Source: a bacterium (lineage in GTDB: Bacteria; UBP15; UBA6099; JBFMBQ01). Taken from it: 32,894 nt of DNA. A program made the position numbers and the translations under genes. Under the pieces are notes generated by a model that made no database searches, had not been told where the DNA came from, and saw only the letters and a list, made by a program, of their open reading frames with translations. Positions 27,844 to 32,894 of this stretch are shown here, in pieces. Location of the stretch: assembly GCA_040755115.1 (NCBI GenBank), contig JBFMBQ010000512.1, forward strand, positions 4,515-37,408. The letters run 5' to 3'. The first letter of the stretch is position 1, and each line of letters begins with the position of its first letter.

Positions 27844-28677
27844 TTATTTCCCACTCTGTATATATACATCTCCGCTCACCGATTTGATCGCGATTTCCAC
27901 ATCGCCCTCACCGATTGTGCCTTCCATCAGCCTTCTGCCTGCCTCATTTGTGATTTGCAGCGGCAGATCGGATGTTATTTCCCCGCTGACTGTAAAAACT
28001 CTGACCGTTCCCTGAAATGCTGTCGGAAGCGCAATGTCGGTGTCTCCACTGACAGTTTTAAAGGAGATATTTTGTGCGATGTGCGCAGTTCCGTCTAATC
28101 GTATATCGCCGCTTACTGTTTCAGCGACCAATTTGCCTTCGCAGTCCTTCAGGAAAACTCCGCCGCTTACGGAGCGCACTTCCGCATCACCACCCGCTTC
28201 CTCAAGGACGACATCACCGCTTACTGCTCCAGCCTTTATTGAACTTTTCATCTTGCGCACTTTAATATTCCCGGAGACGGTCTTCAGGACGAGGGGTGCT
28301 GCCGCAGGGGCGGTTATGGTGTAGTCAATCCGCCCGCTCAATCTGCGCCAGCGGGGCGGTCGGTGTGTAACGATGAGTATTTCATCATGACGGCTTGTGA
28401 TAACCATCTTGAGATGTGCTGACTCCCGACGCGACACAGTGAGCGATTCGGATGAAACCGTCTTCAGCCCTGTTACAGTTAACTCATTATCTTTGCCTGC
28501 CTCAACCTTAATATCGCCTGCAATCTCTTCAACAACGATTTGCTGCCCCTCGTGCCACATAAGGTTTTTCTCCTCGCTTCGGGCATACTTATTGTCAAGT
28601 TTCATTGAAACGCACGAGGGCATCAGGATTACAAAACACAAGAAAAGCGTAACGGTTCTTTCAAAATAACTGTTCAT
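27844..28677 (-). CDS. DUF4097 family beta-strand repeat protein (putative adhesin/lipoprotein)
   Basis: It carries repeated VSG[DG][IV]x[LVI] strands (VSGNIKV, VSGDVVL, VSGGVFL, VSGDIRL, VSGDTDI, VSGEITS, VSGDVYI). The N-terminus is signal-like and ends in PSC. Confidence 0.8.
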   Translation of the reverse strand: MNSYFERTVTLFLCFVILMPSCVSMKLDNKYARSEEKNLMWHEGQQIVVEEIAGDIKVEAGKDNELTVTGLKTVSSESLTVSRRESAHLKMVITSRHDEILIVTHRPPRWRRLSGRIDYTITAPAAAPLVLKTVSGNIKVRKMKSSIKAGAVSGDVVLEEAGGDAEVRSVSGGVFLKDCEGKLVAETVSGDIRLDGTAHIAQNISFKTVSGDTDIALPTAFQGTVRVFTVSGEITSDLPLQITNEAGRRLMEGTIGEGDVEIAIKSVSGDVYIQSGK

Positions 28678-29191
28678 TGCTATCTATATTATTGTGTTTT
28701 GTGCAAAAAGTGCAAAGCATATCCCACACATCTTTTATGTCAAGTAACTTCTTATGGTAAAACTCTGCGATGTCAGTGAAGATACCGAAAACGAGTTCTT
28801 CTTCAGAGTGGCGTTTCTCTACCTCTTTGAGCTGTTCAGGGAACAGATTCCACTGGGAAAGATGCGGTAGTCTTGCTTTCTGTGCGAGATAATCCCGTTC
28901 GGCGCGGTGCGTGTCAGGCATCCTGCCGGCAGCGTTTTTTGTTACGACACCGGATTGAATGAATTCCACGAGATGAAGAACATCATCGCCGACACCGCAG
29001 CCCCAGCACTTCCAGAATTGATTGCGCCGGTCTATGTGTAACGAATGGTGCGATACGCTGACGTGCCGCGGACAGTCAACGTGAATGACGTTGCCAGAAT
29101 CGTCGGTAATGCGGTCTGCGAGTAATTCTCTTGCGACTTCGGCAATGTCTATGTTTGTGATCTGTGAATAGTATTCCTTCGGATTATTCAT
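28661..29191 (-). CDS. CHC2 zinc-finger protein, N-terminal fragment of a DnaG-type/phage-type primase (no TOPRIM domain)
   Basis: CPRHVSVSHHSLHIDRRNQFWKCWGCGVGDDVLHLVEF matches the CHC2 primase zinc-finger pattern C-P-x-H-x(n)-S-L-x-I-x(n)-F-x-C-x-G-C-G-x-x-G-D. The ORF ends about 60 aa after the finger region and overlaps the DUF4097 start by 17 nt. Confidence 0.7.
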   Translation of the reverse strand: MNNPKEYYSQITNIDIAEVARELLADRITDDSGNVIHVDCPRHVSVSHHSLHIDRRNQFWKCWGCGVGDDVLHLVEFIQSGVVTKNAAGRMPDTHRAERDYLAQKARLPHLSQWNLFPEQLKEVEKRHSEEELVFGIFTDIAEFYHKKLLDIKDVWDMLCTFCTKHNNIDSNEQLF

Positions 29192-29212
29192 GGTTAGTTT
29201 ATTCCTTTATGC

Positions 29213-29253
29213 AAAAAGCCCGGCTCATGCGATTCCTCGCATGACTTCCGGAC
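29213..29253 (-). terminator. Rho-independent terminator-like hairpin downstream of the nucleotidyltransferase gene
   Basis: The minus strand reads gtccggaagtcatgcga-ggaa-tcgcatgagccgggc followed by ttttt. Confidence 0.5.
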
Positions 29254-29475
29254 TCGTGCATTCGATACCTGAAAACTTTTTCTTCAGGCTCGATTATTCA
29301 ATGCCTACAGGCTTATTCGCTATTTACCCTATCCCTTACCTGCCTCAATGGGAATCTACAGTTTGTTTTAATTTATGGTTATTGTTAAAATAAGAAGAAT
29401 TATACAAATAGGATTCCCTGAATTCTGGATTCCGAATACCTACCTCCTAACACCCGATTGGAGAGGTGCACACAA

Positions 29476-30228
29476 TTATCCGAAAAAAAAAGACAGCCTT
29501 TGTTCATAAGTCTGGACGGCATCATTCAGAGAATCTATGGTTCCGATATCGAACCATGTACCCTTGTGAACATACCCAAGGAGTCTTTTTTTTGCGACGA
29601 GCCATTGTATGAAATGTCCGATAGATTTGATCGTTTTTTCGTTCTCATTTATTGTCTTAAGATAGTCATGAGCGAATTCAATTGTTCCTTCAGTAAAAAT
29701 ATAGCATCCAGCGTCTATGTAATGGGATTGCGGGTGTTCTGGCTTCTCCGTGTATGTAATGATCTTCCTGTCTTCGTCCATTACAACAACACCATATTTC
29801 CTGGTGATCTTGTCGAGATCATCCATTTCATATAACGAAATTACAGATTCCTTTTTTTCTGCGAAAAAGTTCACGATGCTGTCCAGATTCCAGTCGAAAA
29901 GAGTATCTCCTAATATTATCATAAAATCCTCTATCAAATTGTCTTGTTTCGCGAAGAACAGTAGTTCATTTACTAGACCTGCTCCCGACATTGGAAAAAG
30001 CCGCAGAGGTTTTCCCCAGCGAAAACACTTCGACCAGTTCATGAAGTGAGAATTCTGATGTACATTTGTCAATAGAATTATTTCATCTATCTCTGACAGG
30101 ATTTCTATTTTTTCCATTATGTAGTTCAGTAATGGCTTGCCAACAACGGGGACAAGGGGTTTGGGAATGAATTTAGTAATAGGAAATAGTCTAGTTCCCA
30201 TGCCAGCTGCCGGTATGATAGCTTTCAT
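29476..30228 (-). CDS. Sugar-phosphate nucleotidyltransferase (RmlA/GalU-fold NTP_transferase family)
   Basis: MKAIIPAAGMGTRLFPITKFIPKPLVPVVGKPLL is the G-x-G-T-R-x(n)-K-P nucleotide-binding signature. The protein is 250 aa and AT-rich. Its start lies 34 nt downstream of the stop of the cyclase-radical SAM ORF. Confidence 0.8.
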   Translation of the reverse strand: MKAIIPAAGMGTRLFPITKFIPKPLVPVVGKPLLNYIMEKIEILSEIDEIILLTNVHQNSHFMNWSKCFRWGKPLRLFPMSGAGLVNELLFFAKQDNLIEDFMIILGDTLFDWNLDSIVNFFAEKKESVISLYEMDDLDKITRKYGVVVMDEDRKIITYTEKPEHPQSHYIDAGCYIFTEGTIEFAHDYLKTINENEKTIKSIGHFIQWLVAKKRLLGYVHKGTWFDIGTIDSLNDAVQTYEQRLSFFFG

Positions 30229-30262
30229 TCTTTAGCCTCAATTATTTCAGAAAGAAAGAACC

Positions 30263-32470
30263 TCAGATGAAATCTGGCACCCGGGATCTTGGAAAATACG
30301 GCTTCTCTATCTTATTTTTCAAAACCTTTTCCATGTTGATAATTTCTTGAATCATTTGTTGGTAATCAGCAATCCGGCAGTTGCATGTATAACTGGCTTT
30401 GCATATGTTTTTCACACTCAGATTCTGTATAATGTTTTTGTGCTCATTGCTGCCCCAGAAGTCACTGAGACTACTCTCGGAATTCATCCGATACTTTCCA
30501 ATTTCCATGTTTTGGGGATCGTTGTGATATCCGAAGCAAACAAACACCCCACCGTTGGGATCTATTACCGGACTAATGGGGTTCAACCAGCATCGGAATT
30601 TTTCCGGATAGGAAGTTCTTCTCACATCAATCTGTAGATCCTCATAACTGTTGTCGGAGGATTTCAGGGAGTATAATTTTTCCTCCATTTCTCTGATTTC
30701 CTCTTTTGAGGGTTCGACGGTATCCATACCTCGAATAGATTTGACCTTGATATGAGTAGCACCATAACTACGGGCTTTTTTAACGATGTCAATTATGCTG
30801 TCTTTATTCGTTTTTGTCATTAGAATTTTGACACCGATTGTTGTTCCAACAAGAGGTTGTCCTTTACAATAATTAGCGAGCTTACCAAGTCTTATGTAGA
30901 ACATCAATTCTTCTATGTTCCCTGTTTTCAAACCTTCAACGTAACTCAGTCTTATATAATCAAAAACGTTCGCTGACTCCTCCATGAGGTCATCCTCTAA
31001 GTACTTTCCGTTGGTGATTAGACCGAATTTCATACCACTTTTTTTCTTTTTAGATATTATGCTCAATAATTTTACAAAATCATGATGTTCCATCGGCTCG
31101 CCGCCGCCGGCGATTTCACAGGAAGTCAGTTCATTCAAGCCTGTTGTTGATTTATTCCTCAAATTATCGAGATCATTTAGGATGTGTGCGAATAAGTCAA
31201 CATTCATACTTACTCTATCCAGACCTCTAAAATCCTTATACATGCAATTCGGACACCGAAACGAACATATATATGTCGGGTAAATAATGACCTGTTTAGG
31301 AAGAGGCAACAACTCCGCATTTTGTTCATCGTGCATTACATTCCATATTCTTTTTGCATGATCCAGATAGAGTAATATGCGTTTTTTGGAATTCATCTGA
31401 TCTGTGAATTCCGCCGCATCCCACATTGAATTAAACTCTTCTGAAAAAGTCTTAAAATGTTCTGTGTCTTTTCCCTCCAGTAAGTATGTCGGGGTCTTGT
31501 CGCCGTGTGATGAATGTCCTAGGTAATGGTGCACATACATGACGCGGTCGTCTGATATCGTCATGGCACGAAACATTATCTGGTTCGTAACTTTATCAAC
31601 AATCATACCAAAGCAGCCATTTTTCTTCGCTTGGTCCTTTATATCTGAGATTATTTTCAAAGTAGAATGGATTTTATCTCTTAACTCAAAAGGTAACCAC
31701 CTATCGGTCTGAGAGAATTGTTGCAAGTAATTCTCATAAGGGTTCAAGAGCAGCACGCGTATCGTGCATCCTTTGTATAGAAGATTGTAAATAATATCTC
31801 TATGTTTTGTGAATATCGGGATCATGGAATGTCCCATTATGTCCAACTTATGTTTTGTGTTTTTGAAGAAATCTGTCCATTCGTCGACTTCAACTTCTCC
31901 CCTTATGGAATACATTTCAACGATTCCGAACTTTTTTATTTCATATACTGTTACTTGGTGATCAAATCCTTTGAACTGTTGCTGTCCCACAAGTTTGAAT
32001 TTTTTTCTGAGTGCAGGTTTCAAATCGTTATATAAATCTTCTGACGCAAATATCTGGTCATCTTTTGATATATCCAGAATCCTCTTTGTCAAGCTGAGGT
32101 CCAATGAGAATTCGGGGTCGCCTTTTTTATCCAGTTCGGCTCTCCCTCTATGTAGTCCAATATTGACAGTGATCTTATTTCCGTTCTCGATATTTAAATC
32201 GATGTTACGATTGCGGGTTGCAAGCCGTCGCTGTATTTCCAGAGCGCATCTGACACAATCGTTCGAATCTTGGAACCATGCTAAAAAGGCATCTCCTTCT
32301 GTACCCTTACCTTGTCCATTATATTCTTTTACTAAATTTATCATAAACTCTCTGATGGTTAAAACGAGTTTCTTGCCTCTCACATCACCAATTTTCCTGT
32401 ACATTACCGTAGAATCTTTAATGTCTGCCATCATAAAGGCAAATTTTTTTCTTCTACCTATTTCCCTCAA
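30263..32470 (-). CDS. Fusion protein: class III adenylate/guanylate-cyclase-like domain + unrecognised middle domain + radical SAM domain with SPASM/twitch-like C-terminal cysteines
   Basis: The cyclase motifs are in order: FAFMMADIKDST, TEGDAFLAWF, VNIGLHRGRAEL, IFASEDLYNDL and FKGFDHQVTVYEI (aa 9-180). The radical SAM part has YPTYICSFRCPNC (C402/C406/C409, nt 31244-31267), AGGGEP and GLITNG. The C-terminus has C627-X12-G-X4-C645 and C690-X5-C696-X-C698. The TTG start has AAGGAAG 6 nt upstream, and no ATG precedes the first cyclase motif. Confidence 0.75.
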   Translation of the reverse strand: MREIGRRKKFAFMMADIKDSTVMYRKIGDVRGKKLVLTIREFMINLVKEYNGQGKGTEGDAFLAWFQDSNDCVRCALEIQRRLATRNRNIDLNIENGNKITVNIGLHRGRAELDKKGDPEFSLDLSLTKRILDISKDDQIFASEDLYNDLKPALRKKFKLVGQQQFKGFDHQVTVYEIKKFGIVEMYSIRGEVEVDEWTDFFKNTKHKLDIMGHSMIPIFTKHRDIIYNLLYKGCTIRVLLLNPYENYLQQFSQTDRWLPFELRDKIHSTLKIISDIKDQAKKNGCFGMIVDKVTNQIMFRAMTISDDRVMYVHHYLGHSSHGDKTPTYLLEGKDTEHFKTFSEEFNSMWDAAEFTDQMNSKKRILLYLDHAKRIWNVMHDEQNAELLPLPKQVIIYPTYICSFRCPNCMYKDFRGLDRVSMNVDLFAHILNDLDNLRNKSTTGLNELTSCEIAGGGEPMEHHDFVKLLSIISKKKKSGMKFGLITNGKYLEDDLMEESANVFDYIRLSYVEGLKTGNIEELMFYIRLGKLANYCKGQPLVGTTIGVKILMTKTNKDSIIDIVKKARSYGATHIKVKSIRGMDTVEPSKEEIREMEEKLYSLKSSDNSYEDLQIDVRRTSYPEKFRCWLNPISPVIDPNGGVFVCFGYHNDPQNMEIGKYRMNSESSLSDFWGSNEHKNIIQNLSVKNICKASYTCNCRIADYQQMIQEIINMEKVLKNKIEKPYFPRSRVPDFI

Positions 32471-32565
32471 AACGGCTTCCTTTGTGTATATTTATTATTT
32501 TGAAATATTACCGTGTAATCTTCAGAAAATCCAGCCCCATTTCGAATGATGGTTAGTTATAGTAT

Positions 32566-32751
32566 TCACACCTCCGGCAAATCCTTATACTGCCACTTCT
32601 TAGTTGAGTTCATCTCGATGTGTGTGGCTTTGCCGTTTTCAAACTTTATTATAACACACCCATAGAACCTTTCGTAGAACAATTTTGAAAGAAATCTAAA
32701 TAGTTTTTCCATCGGTCTTGTTACCATTATATCACTTGATTTCGTTTCCAT
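32566..32751 (-). CDS. Small protein, DUF2292/YezD-like (61 aa from ATG 32751)
   Basis: FYGCVIIKFENGKATHIEMNSTKKW resembles the YezD pattern (F/Y)G-S-(V/I)-x-(I/L)-x-(V/I)-x-(D/N)-G-K-(V/I)-x-x-(I/V)-E. ATG 32751 has GGAGGG 5 nt upstream and overlaps the helicase stop by 20 nt. The upstream part of the listed 97-aa ORF is the helicase gene read in another frame. Confidence 0.45.
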   Translation of the reverse strand: METKSSDIMVTRPMEKLFRFLSKLFYERFYGCVIIKFENGKATHIEMNSTKKWQYKDLPEV

Positions 32752-32893
32752 TGAAACCCTCCAGACCCAAGAATGTTTTTCGTTTCTCTGTAAACTCGCG
32801 TGCAGCGCAGTTCCGTATACCCCACCGATCACCGATGATGATAGCGGTCTGTTTGGCACGTGTGACGGCGGTATAGAACAAGTTGCGATGGTG
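32732..32893 (-). CDS. C-terminal end of a RecD-like / superfamily 1 DNA helicase (5' part outside the window)
   Basis: The minus frame from 32893 reads HHRNLFYTAVTRAKQTAIIIGDRWGIRNCAAREFTEKRKTFLGLEGFNGNEIK*. YTAVTRAK is SF1 helicase motif VI as found in RecD2/TraA-type helicases. The segment is too short to appear in the ORF track. Confidence 0.6.
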   Translation of the reverse strand, partial: HHRNLFYTAVTRAKQTAIIIGDRWGIRNCAAREFTEKRKTFLGLEGFNGNEIK

Positions 32894-32894
32894 C

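Noticed and set aside
29458-30049. 125-aa and 99-aa plus-strand ORFs
   Set aside because: They run antisense to the NTP_transferase gene, which has a clear GxGTR signature. Long antisense frames are expected in AT-rich DNA.
30263-31285. The radical SAM domain as a prokaryotic viperin (pVip)
   Set aside because: Viperins are about 300-aa enzymes without a cysteine-rich SPASM/twitch-like tail, and I cannot see viperin-specific C-terminal features here. The call stays generic as radical SAM.
31971-32549. 192-aa plus-strand ORF antisense to the cyclase domain
   Set aside because: It is Ser/Leu/Phe-rich and low-complexity with no motif. The opposite strand encodes ordered cyclase motifs.
32752-32859. 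Upstream 36 codons of the listed 97-aa ORF
   Set aside because: This stretch overlaps the helicase C-terminal frame, which carries motif VI (YTAVTRAK). The internal ATG at 32751 has a strong GGAGGG site, so the small gene most likely starts there.

Overview
This is a bacterial chromosomal window with mixed composition. Housekeeping and glycan-degrading genes are roughly 55% G+C by spot counts of single 60-nt lines. Several AT-rich accessory patches are roughly 25-37% G+C by the same spot counts.

Left to right:
- A 5'-truncated DAHP synthase.
- GH2 and GH31 glycosidases on the minus strand.
- An AT-rich patch with a nucleotidyltransferase-fold ORF, a 65-nt fragment of 5S rRNA and a hicAB toxin-antitoxin pair.
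- A minus-strand 23S-5S rRNA unit with no 16S or tRNA upstream. It is heavily colonised. A retropepsin-like aspartic protease ORF sits in the 23S-5S spacer. Two group I introns, each encoding a LAGLIDADG homing endonuclease, interrupt the 23S gene 14 nt apart inside the conserved I-CeuI target sequence.
- A long GH38 alpha-mannosidase, an orphan DPPY DNA methyltransferase, YqeY, a DUF255 thioredoxin-domain protein, a SurA-like chaperone, hemA plus a CcsA/HemX-like gene, a large S8 peptidase and a DUF4097 protein.
- An AT-rich minus-strand cassette at the right end. It lies between a truncated CHC2 primase-like gene and the C-terminus of a RecD-like helicase. It contains a small DUF2292/YezD-like ORF, a 735-aa ORF and a sugar-phosphate nucleotidyltransferase.

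The 735-aa ORF fuses a class III nucleotidyl-cyclase domain, an unrecognised middle domain and a radical SAM domain with SPASM/twitch-like cysteines. I regard this cyclase-radical SAM fusion and its operon as the best candidate for an undescribed system.

Several families of intergenic palindromes and 10-bp-phased short repeats are also present. No CRISPR array, tRNA, integrase or transposase was seen.
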